Positions 27,381 through 35,985 of a stretch of 64,000 nucleotides of DNA are shown here, one piece after another; the first letter of the stretch is position 1, and every line of letters starts with the position of its first letter. Made by a program: the position numbers and the translations under genes. Origin of the DNA: an uncultured Clostridia bacterium (lineage in GTDB: Bacteria; Bacillota; Clostridia; Christensenellales; UBA1242); assembly GCA_944350265.1 (NCBI GenBank), contig CALVOG010000002.1, positions 42,567 to 106,566 on the forward strand. The letters are read 5' to 3'. Under the pieces are notes generated by a model. It was not told where the DNA came from, made no database searches, and worked only from the letters and a program-made list of their open reading frames with translations.

Positions 27381-28724
27381 ATGCAAGATATTGAAACACT
27401 TTGGAAACTAATTTTAGAAAAGCTAGAACTTAGGATATCCTCTGTTTCTTTTATGCTTTGGATAAAAACCATCAAACCACTTGAAATTGATGTTAATGGC
27501 AACATTGTTTTGGTTGCTCAATCAGTTACAGCAAAAAATCAAATCCTAAGAAATTTTGTTGATAAGATTGCTGAGTGTGCAAACGAGGTGTCTGGCAAGG
27601 AATACAATATCACCGTGCTAGACCAAAACGAAGAGGCGGAATATCTAAAAAACAACAAAATTAATGAAAAAAACAGCACAAAAACGCAAGAAAAGTCTCC
27701 TTTTAAGGAAAAATTCACTTTTGATAACTTTGTTGTGGGAAAAAGTAACCAATTTGTTTATGCCGCCGCGCGCACGGTTGCGGAGCATCCTGGCAAAAGA
27801 TACAACCCTCTTTTTATATATGGAGGAGTTGGGCTTGGAAAAACACACCTACTACACGCCATTGGAAATTTCATCTATGAGTTTTCCCCAAATTTGAAAA
27901 TTATGTATGTCACTTGCGAACAGTTTACAAACGACTATATTGCCTCTCTATACTCACCAACAAAAAATAAATCTATTATGGAGTTTAGAGGTAAGTATCG
28001 CAATTTGGACGTTTTGATGGTGGACGACATTCAGTTCATCTCACGCGGAAAGGAAACACAGGAGGAATTTTTCCACACCTTCAACGAACTCATTATGAAC
28101 AACAAGCAGATTATCATTTGCTCTGACCGTCCGCCGAAGGATATTGAAACGCTGGAGGATAGGCTCCGCTCAAGGTTTTCTTCTGGGCTTATCCACGATA
28201 TTCAAGCGCCAGATATTGAAACGCGTATTGCCATTCTTCACAAAAAAAGTCAACTGGAAAAATACTACGCTGAGGACGACGCCATTAACTATATCGCCGA
28301 GCGCGTTGATTCCAACATAAGAGATTTGGAAGGAAAATTGAGCGAGGTTTATTTTCTTGCCACTCTTAACGGCAAAAAGGTGGCAACTATAACCGAAGCC
28401 AAAGAGGTTTTCTTAAACGAGCCTAAGGAGGATATCAAAAACGACCTCACAACTGACAAGATAATAAGTGTTGTTTGTAACTATTTCAACATTGACGAAA
28501 AGGATATCATCGGCAAGAAGAAAAATAAGGAGATTGTCACTCCGCGTATGATTGCAATATATTTAATCAGCGAACTTCTCAATCTTCCGCTTGTCAATAT
28601 CGGCAAAATTTTTGGCGGGCGCGACCACACCACAATTATGCACTCGCGCGACAAGATTGATGGCGAACTTAAAACCAACAAAAAAACCGAAACAATCATC
28701 AAAGAGATAAAGGCGCTTTTATAG
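27381..28724 (+). CDS. dnaA: Chromosomal replication initiator DnaA
   Basis: AAA+ motifs GGVGLGKTHLLHA and DVLMVDDIQF. C-terminal DNA-binding region IAIYLISELLNLPLVNIGKIFGGRDHTTIMHSRDKI. RBS AAAGGGG. Confidence 0.95.
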   Translation: MQDIETLWKLILEKLELRISSVSFMLWIKTIKPLEIDVNGNIVLVAQSVTAKNQILRNFVDKIAECANEVSGKEYNITVLDQNEEAEYLKNNKINEKNSTKTQEKSPFKEKFTFDNFVVGKSNQFVYAAARTVAEHPGKRYNPLFIYGGVGLGKTHLLHAIGNFIYEFSPNLKIMYVTCEQFTNDYIASLYSPTKNKSIMEFRGKYRNLDVLMVDDIQFISRGKETQEEFFHTFNELIMNNKQIIICSDRPPKDIETLEDRLRSRFSSGLIHDIQAPDIETRIAILHKKSQLEKYYAEDDAINYIAERVDSNIRDLEGKLSEVYFLATLNGKKVATITEAKEVFLNEPKEDIKNDLTTDKIISVVCNYFNIDEKDIIGKKKNKEIVTPRMIAIYLISELLNLPLVNIGKIFGGRDHTTIMHSRDKIDGELKTNKKTETIIKEIKALL

Positions 28725-28792
28725 TAAGCGCTTTTTTGTGTCGTTGACACATTTTTTTTCTTTTTATATCCTTAAAAGGGAACTTTCCACCT

Positions 28793-28951
28793 TAATCCAC
28801 AGGATATTCACAGCGTATCCACAGTAATTTGTGAGGATATCCACAAAATATCCACAATGTGTGAACACAAAATATTGTATAAGTGGGCGGGATTTATTGT
28901 TTTTAAGGCGGTATATGTTGATAAGAGGGGAAAGTTATCCACATATCCACA
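28793..28951 (+). promoter_or_regulatory. oriC DnaA-box cluster in the dnaA-dnaN spacer
   Basis: Co-oriented boxes: TAATCCACA 28793-28801, GTATCCACA 28815-28823, ATATCCACA 28837-28845, ATATCCACA 28848-28856, perfect TTATCCACA 28935-28943, ATATCCACA 28943-28951. A 2-mismatch box lies at 28804-28812. Confidence 0.8.
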
Positions 28952-29005
28952 GCCATAATTAATATAATTATTACGCTAAAAATAAATTAATTTATTAAAT
29001 TACTT
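28952..29005. other. Candidate DNA-unwinding element (AT-rich stretch next to the last DnaA box)
   Basis: Almost pure A/T sequence, ATAATTAATATAATTATTACGCTAAAAATAAATTAATTTATTAAATTAC, immediately after the box cluster and followed by a GC clamp, GCGCGCGGGCGG. Confidence 0.5.
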
Positions 29006-29061
29006 GCGCGCGGGCGGAATGTGTGATATAATAAAGTATACTTATATTAAAGGAGCAGAAA

Positions 29062-30162
29062 ATGTTAGTAAGTTGTCACGGAGTGGAACTTTCGGATGCC
29101 TTTTTAAGCGTTAGTAAGGCAATTAGCAATAAAGTTACCAATCCAATTTTAGAGGGAATTAAAATAACTGCTGAGGATGACACGTTGACGCTCAGTGCCA
29201 CCGACAGCGACCTTTCGATTGAAAGGAAGATTAAAGCCAACATTAAAGATGAGGGCGAGGCGGTTGTGCCAGGAAAGTTCATAACCGAGTTCATTAAGAA
29301 GTTGACGAATGAGATGATTGAACTTGAACTTAACGATAAGAACCAAATGCTAATTAAGTATGACGACAGCCATAGTATAATTCAGTGCTATAATGTTTTA
29401 GAGTATCCATCATTTAAGAAGTTGGAGTCGGCAGAGTTTTTCTCAATCAGTAAGAAGGATTTTAAAACCATAATCAATAAAACGAGATTTTCGGTGGCGA
29501 TTGACGATTCTCGTCCAATTTTGAAAGGCGTGCTTTTTGATATTGACAGGAACGAACTCAACGCCGTTGCGCTTGATGGATATCGCCTTGCCAAGGTGAA
29601 GAAGAATATTAAATCCGATTTAAGAATGAATATCGTTATCCCTGCAAGAAGTTTGGACGAAATTTCTCGCCTTTTGGATGACAGTGAGGATTATATTAAC
29701 GTCTATGTGGATAAAAACACGTTGATGGTGGATTTCGGTGAAACAAAACTGACAACTCGCCTTATTGAAGGTGATTTTGTCAATTATAAACAGATAATCT
29801 CGGCAAACTATGAAACAATTTGTATTATCAATAAGTCACAATTTGAGGATGCGTTAGAGAGAGCCTCTCTGCTTTCGAAAGTTGGGCAGGGAAACTGCGT
29901 GAAATTTGAGGTGAAAGAGAAAAACCTTTGCATAACTTCAAATTCCGAAATAGGAAACGTGAAAGAAAATGTGCCAACCAACACCAGTGGAAAGGATTTG
30001 ACGATTGCCTTTAACGCAAGGTATTTCATTGAATCGCTTCGCGCTAACCAGGAAGAGTTTGTTAAAATATGCTTTAATTCTCCAGCAAATCCTTGCGTGA
30101 TTGTGCCGGTTGAAGGCGACGAATTTTTATATCTCATCTTGCCGGTTAGAATGATTGGGTAA
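29062..30162 (+). CDS. dnaN: DNA polymerase III beta subunit (sliding clamp)
   Basis: 366 aa, positioned after dnaA. Typical segments are PILEGIKITAEDDTLTLSATDSDLSIE, AVALDGYRLA and a C-terminal YLILPVRM. RBS AAAGGAG. Confidence 0.92.
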   Translation: MLVSCHGVELSDAFLSVSKAISNKVTNPILEGIKITAEDDTLTLSATDSDLSIERKIKANIKDEGEAVVPGKFITEFIKKLTNEMIELELNDKNQMLIKYDDSHSIIQCYNVLEYPSFKKLESAEFFSISKKDFKTIINKTRFSVAIDDSRPILKGVLFDIDRNELNAVALDGYRLAKVKKNIKSDLRMNIVIPARSLDEISRLLDDSEDYINVYVDKNTLMVDFGETKLTTRLIEGDFVNYKQIISANYETICIINKSQFEDALERASLLSKVGQGNCVKFEVKEKNLCITSNSEIGNVKENVPTNTSGKDLTIAFNARYFIESLRANQEEFVKICFNSPANPCVIVPVEGDEFLYLILPVRMIG

Positions 30163-30181
30163 AAATTTTATAGTTTTAAGG

Positions 30182-30209
30182 GCGTTAACAAATTTGTTAG
30201 CGCTTTTTT
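30182..30209 (+). terminator. Terminator after dnaN
   Basis: Stem GCGTTAACA/TGTTAGCGC (one mismatch) followed by TTTTTT. Confidence 0.6.
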
Positions 30210-30257
30210 ATTAATTTTAAAACGTGGCAGTGACTCGACATTCTTTTTAATTTTTCA

Positions 30258-30305
30258 CGCGCTATTTTTATTTTTCCCGCGCTATTTTTATTTTTCCCGC
30301 GTTAT
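30258..30305 (+). repeat. 2.4 tandem copies of a 20-bp unit (CGCGCTATTTTTATTTTTCC) just upstream of the rpmH promoter
   Basis: Identical units at 30258-30277 and 30278-30297, plus a partial third copy. Confidence 0.8.
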
Positions 30306-30309
30306 AGAG

Positions 30310-30338
30310 TTGACAAATTGAGTAAAATTTATTATAAT
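30310..30338 (+). promoter_or_regulatory. Consensus sigma-A promoter of the rpmH operon
   Basis: TTGACA (30310-30315), a 17-nt spacer, then TATAAT (30333-30338). Confidence 0.7.
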
Positions 30339-30388
30339 AACTTCCATAGCGTTTCCTTGCTAGAAAATTTACACATAAGGAGTTAGAA

Positions 30389-30520
30389 ATGAAAAGAACA
30401 TACCAACCTAAGAAAAGACAAAAGAATAAGGTTCACGGCTTCCGCGAAAGAATGAGAACAAAGGGCGGAAGGAATGTTTTGAAGCGTCGTAGAAATCGCG
30501 GTAGAAAGAAGATTGCCTAA
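30389..30520 (+). CDS. rpmH: 50S ribosomal protein L34
   Basis: 43-aa ORF below the track cutoff: [52 protein letters not shown]. Its stop overlaps the rnpA ATG (TAATG). Confidence 0.93.
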   Translation: MKRTYQPKKRQKNKVHGFRERMRTKGGRNVLKRRRNRGRKKIA

Positions 30521-30849
30521 TGCACAGCCTAAAAAAGAATAAGGATTTTAATTTCATTTACAAAAAGGGGGAAAGAGTCTCAACCGACAACTTCACTCTT
30601 TTTGTTGTGAAAAGTAAGTTCTTCGATTATCGAATTGGTTTTTCGATTAATAAGAAATTAGGAAAGGCAAACAAGCGGAATCTTTTGAAAAGACGGCTGA
30701 AAGAGATAACAAGAAGAGAGATTAAAATTTTGCCACACCGAAACTACGTGGTGCTTGCGCGAAACGAGGCGATAAACCTAGATTTTGTTGCGCTCAAAGA
30801 AGAGATTAAAAGGCTTTTTACGAAGTATGAAAAAAAGAAAAATATATAA
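30520..30849 (+). CDS. rnpA: Ribonuclease P protein component
   Basis: 109-aa basic protein directly after rpmH, with the motif KKLGKANKRNLLKRRLKE. Confidence 0.88.
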   Translation: MHSLKKNKDFNFIYKKGERVSTDNFTLFVVKSKFFDYRIGFSINKKLGKANKRNLLKRRLKEITRREIKILPHRNYVVLARNEAINLDFVALKEEIKRLFTKYEKKKNI

Positions 30850-31090
30850 GACGATATTTCTTCTGCCCGTCTTTTTTTATAAGAAAGTGCTTTCGCCAAT
30901 TTTGCCTCACAGTTGCCTTTTTTCGCCCACTTGCTCGAATTATTTTATCGGCTGTGTGGACGAATTTGGCGTTTTTAAGGGCGCTTTTCTTGGCTTTAAA
31001 AGGCTTTTTAGATGTGTTCCGTGGCAAAAAAAGACGGGTTATGACCCCGTGCCGATAAATATAAAAGGAGATAACATATGGATACTTTGA
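30827..31090 (+). CDS. yidD: Membrane protein insertion efficiency factor YidD
   Basis: Contains YKKVLSPILPHSCLFSPTCSNYFIGCVDEFGVFKGAFLGFKRLFRC. The ATG at 30827 is preferred over the track TTG at 30785. Confidence 0.85.
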   Translation: MKKRKIYKTIFLLPVFFYKKVLSPILPHSCLFSPTCSNYFIGCVDEFGVFKGAFLGFKRLFRCVPWQKKTGYDPVPINIKGDNIWIL

Positions 31091-32403
31091 TGACCATTTT
31101 AACAGAACCTCACGGAATGTGGGAAAGTATCTTAGGCGCGTTTAAGGGTGCAATGGGCTCCTATATTTTGGCGGTTATTTTGCTTGCTGTTATTGTGAGA
31201 GTGGTGTTTGCGGTGGTTGACGTTGTAAACAAAAGGTTCACCACCAAAAATATGCAAATAAACCAAAAAATGCAACCAGAACTTGAGGCTATACAAAAAA
31301 AATATGGGCACGACAAGGTGCTTTTGCAGAAAAAACAGCAGGAAATTTATAAGAAATATCAATTCAATATGGTGTCGTCGTGCTTGCCGATGCTTGTTGC
31401 AATGATTTTGCAACTCGTTGTGTTTTTGACCTTGTGGACGGGGCTTCAAAATGTGTCTTATTATAACATTGCCAAGAGTTACGAGAACACAAAAACCGTC
31501 TACTATAACGTTTTACTTTTAAATGAAAATGCTGAACTTAAAACCAAAGTTGAAGAGATTTTGTTGAGCGATAAAGAGGTGAACTATTCCAATTTCTCGG
31601 TGGAAATTGACCTTGAAAACCTTAATATGTCCGTTCAATTTAAGGACGAAAACGGAACAGAAATTTATAATGAAAACATAACTATCATCCCAACCAGTGG
31701 CAAAGAGGAGGGTGATAAAGGCGTTTCCAACAAAGAGGTTTATGAGGTTATTGAGCGCTATGCAATGGATAAGACTATTGTTTCGCCACTAAGTGCCGAA
31801 GAAGGAAAGTTAAGTGAATATAACCTTGTTATAAAGAACCTCGCGGAAGAAGTTACGGCAGATTTTTACACCGAAAATTTGGAGAGTTTTTTGTGGATAA
31901 AAAACATCTACAAGGCGGAATCTCCAGCAACCACACCAGTGTTCGACAAGAGCGAAATTGTAAGTTATCTTCAAAGATATTACACTGATGCCGAAAAAGA
32001 GGCTGAAGAAATCCACGACTATGAGGGACAAATTTTTGACTGTGTGGTTGAAGGGTTAAACCGCCGAGATTTGGGTGCTAATGGCTACTATATTTTGGTT
32101 ATTCTTGCCGTTGCCACAAGTTTCCTTTCGATATTTATCAACAACAAACTGACCAAAAAAACCACAGGCACACAGTCGGGTGGAAAGATGATGTATTTCA
32201 TTATGCCACTCATTTTGGGGCTTTTCACTTTGATGTATACCAGCCTTTTTGCCATCTACATCATTGTTGGACAGATTGTTATGATTGCCCTTTCCCCTCT
32301 CACGAACCTCATTGTGAAAAAGTGGATTGAGGCAAGCGACAGAAAAAAAGAGAAGAAAAAGCAAGAAGTCATCGACGTTGATTATAGGCGAAAGGATATG
32401 TAA
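31078..32403 (+). CDS. yidC: YidC/Oxa1-family membrane insertase with an expanded extracytoplasmic loop
   Basis: TM1 carries the conserved Arg (LAVIVRVVF). The C1 hairpin reads MQPELEAIQKKYG...QQEIYKKYQFN. TM2 starts CLPMLVAMILQ, followed by the FLWIKNI motif and TM3 YYILVILAV. The C-terminal tail is basic. RBS AAAGGAG. Confidence 0.85.
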   Translation: MDTLMTILTEPHGMWESILGAFKGAMGSYILAVILLAVIVRVVFAVVDVVNKRFTTKNMQINQKMQPELEAIQKKYGHDKVLLQKKQQEIYKKYQFNMVSSCLPMLVAMILQLVVFLTLWTGLQNVSYYNIAKSYENTKTVYYNVLLLNENAELKTKVEEILLSDKEVNYSNFSVEIDLENLNMSVQFKDENGTEIYNENITIIPTSGKEEGDKGVSNKEVYEVIERYAMDKTIVSPLSAEEGKLSEYNLVIKNLAEEVTADFYTENLESFLWIKNIYKAESPATTPVFDKSEIVSYLQRYYTDAEKEAEEIHDYEGQIFDCVVEGLNRRDLGANGYYILVILAVATSFLSIFINNKLTKKTTGTQSGGKMMYFIMPLILGLFTLMYTSLFAIYIIVGQIVMIALSPLTNLIVKKWIEASDRKKEKKKQEVIDVDYRRKDM

Positions 32404-32412
32404 GACTATAGA

Positions 32413-32448
32413 GAATGAGGCGTTTTGAAAATTTACGCCTCATTTTTT
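32413..32448 (+). terminator. Terminator after yidC
   Basis: 9-bp stem AATGAGGCG/CGCCTCATT followed by TTTTTT. Confidence 0.8.
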
Positions 32449-32504
32449 CATTTTGTATTGACAATTTGCCATTTGTCGTTTAGAATAAGATAAAAGAGGT
32501 GGAT

Positions 32505-34085
32505 ATGCTTAAAGATGTGAGAGAATATATCGAAAAAAATTTAACTTACGGCAAAAATGATGATGTTGTGAAGTATCTTTTTAAGTCACTTTCTTTAACG
32601 CCACACGTTGATGTTATGACGCCAATTTATGATGTTTGCAAGGGGCTTGGAATTAAACTCGTTGCCACCGACTTTAAGCGAAAGGGCGGAGATGTAGCCC
32701 AATATATCGAGCGGGGAGGGCGAAGTCCGTATATTTGCGTTGACTATGCCACAAACTGCAGGCGCGTTAGATTTAACATTGCCACAATGGTTTACTGCGC
32801 GCTTCATTCCAATTTCAGCGACCGTTTTGTTGTGACAAAAACGCCAGAAAGCCAAAATCTTCATCGAGCAAAGAAGTTTGCGGCAAGCCTTTTGATGCCA
32901 ACACAAACACTCAAAAAGGAGATTTTTCGAAAGGATATTTTTGGCGAATATATCTATCTTGTGAAGTATAACGGCGAGTGGGTGTTGCCGTTTAAGACCA
33001 TTCATTGCATAGCCGAGCGTTTTGGCGTGGAATTTCCGCAGTGTGCAAAGCGAATTTTCTATTCTAACATCGCCAAAATTCGCCGTATTAACACGCGTGA
33101 CGAACTCAACCGTAGGCTTAAAACCGCCGAGGCGAGCGAAGCAATGCGCAGGCGCTGGATATATGGTTGCGAAAAAAGAGATTATCTTCTTCGCACCTAC
33201 CTTATAAACAATTTGCATTTTCCAAAAATAACCAAAGTCAACGACCAAATTTGCGAAAAATTGAGATGCGAGATTGTTAAAAACGATTCGCTTATCGAAG
33301 GCGTTTTAAGTTCCGCCAAAAAAATTGAAAGTTTTTTAAATAGGTATAAAAAGGGCGAGGTGAATGAACTTTACAAATTGCCTATCGCCGAACGCATTAT
33401 GATTGGGCATTATGAAACCATTCGCCACTTGGAGGAGATTCCTTTCAATAAGCGCTTTTTCAACGAACTGCACTATCGCCTTTTCAAATACGCCGTTGTC
33501 ACCGATGAAGAAAGAGAGTGGCTTGCTGACCCAAAACACTGCGCGCGCGGAGAAAATGAATATTTCATCGACTTTGTGCCAGGGCAGTATCGACAAACGC
33601 AAAACATTATTAACGGCGCCAAGTTTATCACCGATTCGGTGCCCGATATTTACACCACTATGAACAACCTCTATTACGACACCGAATATCTCTTGCAAAA
33701 CAAAGATAAATACACAAATGTGGAATATATTGGCAGGGTGAATAATTTGGTGAACAAACTTTGCGTTTGCAACCCGTTTGACGATGGGAATGGGCGTGTT
33801 TCGCGCCTATTTATGAACTACCTCTTCTATCAAAAGGAGCTTCCACCTGTTTATATCGACGCTTCCAAGCGAAAGGAGGAATATATAAGCGCACTTGACG
33901 AACTTTCCGACCAATGCAGACACAAACTTTACGAACAAATTGACTATTCGCGCCTAAATGGGATTGTGATGGAGTGTATGCTGGAAACAGAGGGTATCTT
34001 TTTCCAACCTGAGGCAATGCTTTCAAAACCGCAAGAATATATCAACAAAGAACTCCGCGCCAAGACCGACAAGGAAAAGGAATAA
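32505..34085 (+). CDS. Fusion protein of an ImmA/IrrE (M78)-like domain lacking HExxH and a Fic/DOC domain whose catalytic His is replaced by Asn
   Basis: The N-terminal RFNIATMVYCALH...KKFAASLLMP resembles the M78 pattern RF-x-x-AHELGH...AN-x-FA-x-x-LLMP. The central NDSLIEGV resembles the Fic_N region. The C-terminal NPFDDGNGRVSR (33771-33806) compares with the Fic motif HPFxxGNGRxxR. The ATG at 32505 follows AGAGG. Confidence 0.65.
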   Translation: MLKDVREYIEKNLTYGKNDDVVKYLFKSLSLTPHVDVMTPIYDVCKGLGIKLVATDFKRKGGDVAQYIERGGRSPYICVDYATNCRRVRFNIATMVYCALHSNFSDRFVVTKTPESQNLHRAKKFAASLLMPTQTLKKEIFRKDIFGEYIYLVKYNGEWVLPFKTIHCIAERFGVEFPQCAKRIFYSNIAKIRRINTRDELNRRLKTAEASEAMRRRWIYGCEKRDYLLRTYLINNLHFPKITKVNDQICEKLRCEIVKNDSLIEGVLSSAKKIESFLNRYKKGEVNELYKLPIAERIMIGHYETIRHLEEIPFNKRFFNELHYRLFKYAVVTDEEREWLADPKHCARGENEYFIDFVPGQYRQTQNIINGAKFITDSVPDIYTTMNNLYYDTEYLLQNKDKYTNVEYIGRVNNLVNKLCVCNPFDDGNGRVSRLFMNYLFYQKELPPVYIDASKRKEEYISALDELSDQCRHKLYEQIDYSRLNGIVMECMLETEGIFFQPEAMLSKPQEYINKELRAKTDKEKE

Positions 34086-34204
34086 CCGCTGTCACTTTTT
34101 AAGATTTCGCGTTTTAAGATTTCTTGCATTTACTAAGAAAAGTCACAATATCATTCGCCCGCACAAGTCTAATTTTCCTCTAAAAAAACGCTTAACACAC
34201 TACA

Positions 34205-34537
34205 ACGCTTATTCCGTTAGGACTATTTAAAAACGCCTATCATACCACGCCGTTCATTCCGCCAGGACTATTGGTTTATTTGTCATTCTGAGCGAAGCGA
34301 AGAATCTCGTCGTAGGTGACGCTATCACTTTCTAATGTGTTGCGTGTTAAGCTTTCTTGCAAATACAAAGCTTCTCACATCACCACCAGCGAATGTCTAA
34401 TCTATCCTCTTAAAAGAAATTCATTTAATGCGCAGTAACGCTTATTCCGCTAGGACTATTGGTCCATTTGTCATTCTGAGCCAACGGCGAAGAATCTCGT
34501 CGTAGCCACCACCCGCGAACGTCGAAATCATCCTCTT
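34205..34537 (+). repeat. Patchwork of direct repeats filling the Fic-acnX intergenic region
   Basis: The ACGCTTATTCCGYTAGGACTATT-like segment occurs at 34205, 34251 and 34438. TTTGTCATTCTGAGC...GAAGAATCTCGTCGTAG occurs at 34279-34316 and 34468-34506. CACCA(C)C..GCGAA.GTC.AA.C.ATCCTCTTA tails lie at ~34381-34411 and ~34507-34537. GTTAAG.TTTCTTGCA..TAC occurs at ~34111 and ~34345. Confidence 0.75.
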
Positions 34538-34710
34538 ATTGTTATTAAAAAACGGCTAAACTCAAAACACCTCACACATCCAAGCGCGCTTGGTCATCCT
34601 CAAAATATTTATGAGATTTCCATATCAACAACTCAAATTTCTTAAACATTCTTTTAAAATCGTTTTGTTTTTATAAGGGAAATTGATATAATGTTTTAAA
34701 GGAGGGGGAA

Positions 34711-35985
34711 ATGAAATTAACAGAGGAAGAACAGAAAATTCTTTCTGGGAGCGAGGGTGAAACCAAAGCGAAAATAATGAGAACGTTGGTGGAGTTTGGT
34801 GACCTTTTTGGCGCCACCGAGTTTGTGCCTGTTTCCACTTGCGGACACCTTGTCACCTCATTTGGTATTGGGCTTTTGAAGCCGGTTTATCGCATTATGG
34901 ATGAAATTATAGGCGCGGGGCTGAAAACGCCTTACCCATTCACGGTTGACCCGCGCCCGATTGACTATAAAAACGTCAAATGTGGACTTTTAAACAAACT
35001 TATCTTCTCAAAAGTTATGTATTCAAAGCAAAAGGAATATGAAGCGCAACTTTCGAAAATAGGGCTGAAAAACAAAAACGCGTTCACTTGCGCGTGCTAC
35101 TTAGAAGAGGTTGGAAACACACCGAAGTATGGCGACATTCTTTCGTGGGCGGAAAGTTCTGCTGTGGTGTTTGCAAACTCTGTGCTTGGCGCGAGGTGCA
35201 ACCGCAACAGCGGTATGCTTGACATCTTCGGCGCGCTCATCGGCAAAGTGCCAAAGTTCGGGCTTTTAACCGACGAGGGCAGAAAAGCGGATTTTGTGGT
35301 GGAAGTGAGAACGTCAAAACTGCCAGAGGCGCAAATTTTGGGTTCGGCGATAGGAATGCGCGTTATGGAAAAAGTGCCATACGTTGTGGGCCTTGACAAG
35401 TTTTTGGGCAACGAATTAAATGACAACACGATTGCCTATCTTAAAGACTTCGGCGCAGCAACGGCTTCAAACGGAGCAGTGGGGCTTTACCATATCGAAA
35501 ACCTCACCCCAGAGGCTAAGAAATTTAAGACCAAACTTTTGAAAGAAAATGTGGAGCGTTACATAATCGACGACGAAGAACTTGAGCGAGTTTATCAAAG
35601 TTATCCTATTATGTGGAAAAAGAAGGACCAAAAGCCGTCGCTTTGCTTTATCGGTTGTCCGCACCTATCTTTTTCACAACTAGTGAAATGGACTGAAAAC
35701 CTAGAAACAGCACTCCGCGAAAGTGGAAGAAAAAAGGTGAAAGTGCGCACAATAATGACCTCTGCACCTGACGTTGTTGAAAGGTTTAAAAAGACGGAAA
35801 GTTACAAAAAACTCATAGGCTACGGCGTTAAAATTTCCTCAATTTGCCCGCTTATGTTCACAAATAATCCAATCGCAGGTGGCAAGCCAATCATCACCAA
35901 CAGCAACAAACTTCGAACCTATTCCAAGGCGAGATATTTCAAAGATGAGGATATTTTAAAAATCATTTCGGGGGTGAAAGAATGA
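34711..35985 (+). CDS. Aconitase X catalytic (large) subunit, DUF521 family
   Basis: The N-terminus MKLTEEEQKILSGSEGETKAKIMRTLVEFGDLFGATEFVPVSTCGH matches the recalled DUF521 consensus. 424 aa. RBS AAAGGAGGGGG. Confidence 0.8.
   Translation: MKLTEEEQKILSGSEGETKAKIMRTLVEFGDLFGATEFVPVSTCGHLVTSFGIGLLKPVYRIMDEIIGAGLKTPYPFTVDPRPIDYKNVKCGLLNKLIFSKVMYSKQKEYEAQLSKIGLKNKNAFTCACYLEEVGNTPKYGDILSWAESSAVVFANSVLGARCNRNSGMLDIFGALIGKVPKFGLLTDEGRKADFVVEVRTSKLPEAQILGSAIGMRVMEKVPYVVGLDKFLGNELNDNTIAYLKDFGAATASNGAVGLYHIENLTPEAKKFKTKLLKENVERYIIDDEELERVYQSYPIMWKKKDQKPSLCFIGCPHLSFSQLVKWTENLETALRESGRKKVKVRTIMTSAPDVVERFKKTESYKKLIGYGVKISSICPLMFTNNPIAGGKPIITNSNKLRTYSKARYFKDEDILKIISGVKE

Noticed and set aside
28952-28975. 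DnaA-trio-like triplet periodicity next to the last DnaA box.
   Set aside because: The stretch is simply A/T-rich. I could not establish a consistent 3-nt register matching the published trio pattern by eye.
32595-33248. A 217-aa minus-strand ORF. Similar long antisense ORFs occur at 21969-22541, 22432-22776, 36215-36721, 41126-41590, 47000-47425, 49327-49896 and 50575-51144.
   Set aside because: Each lies opposite a confidently identified gene, lacks an RBS and lacks any family resemblance. They are antisense shadows.
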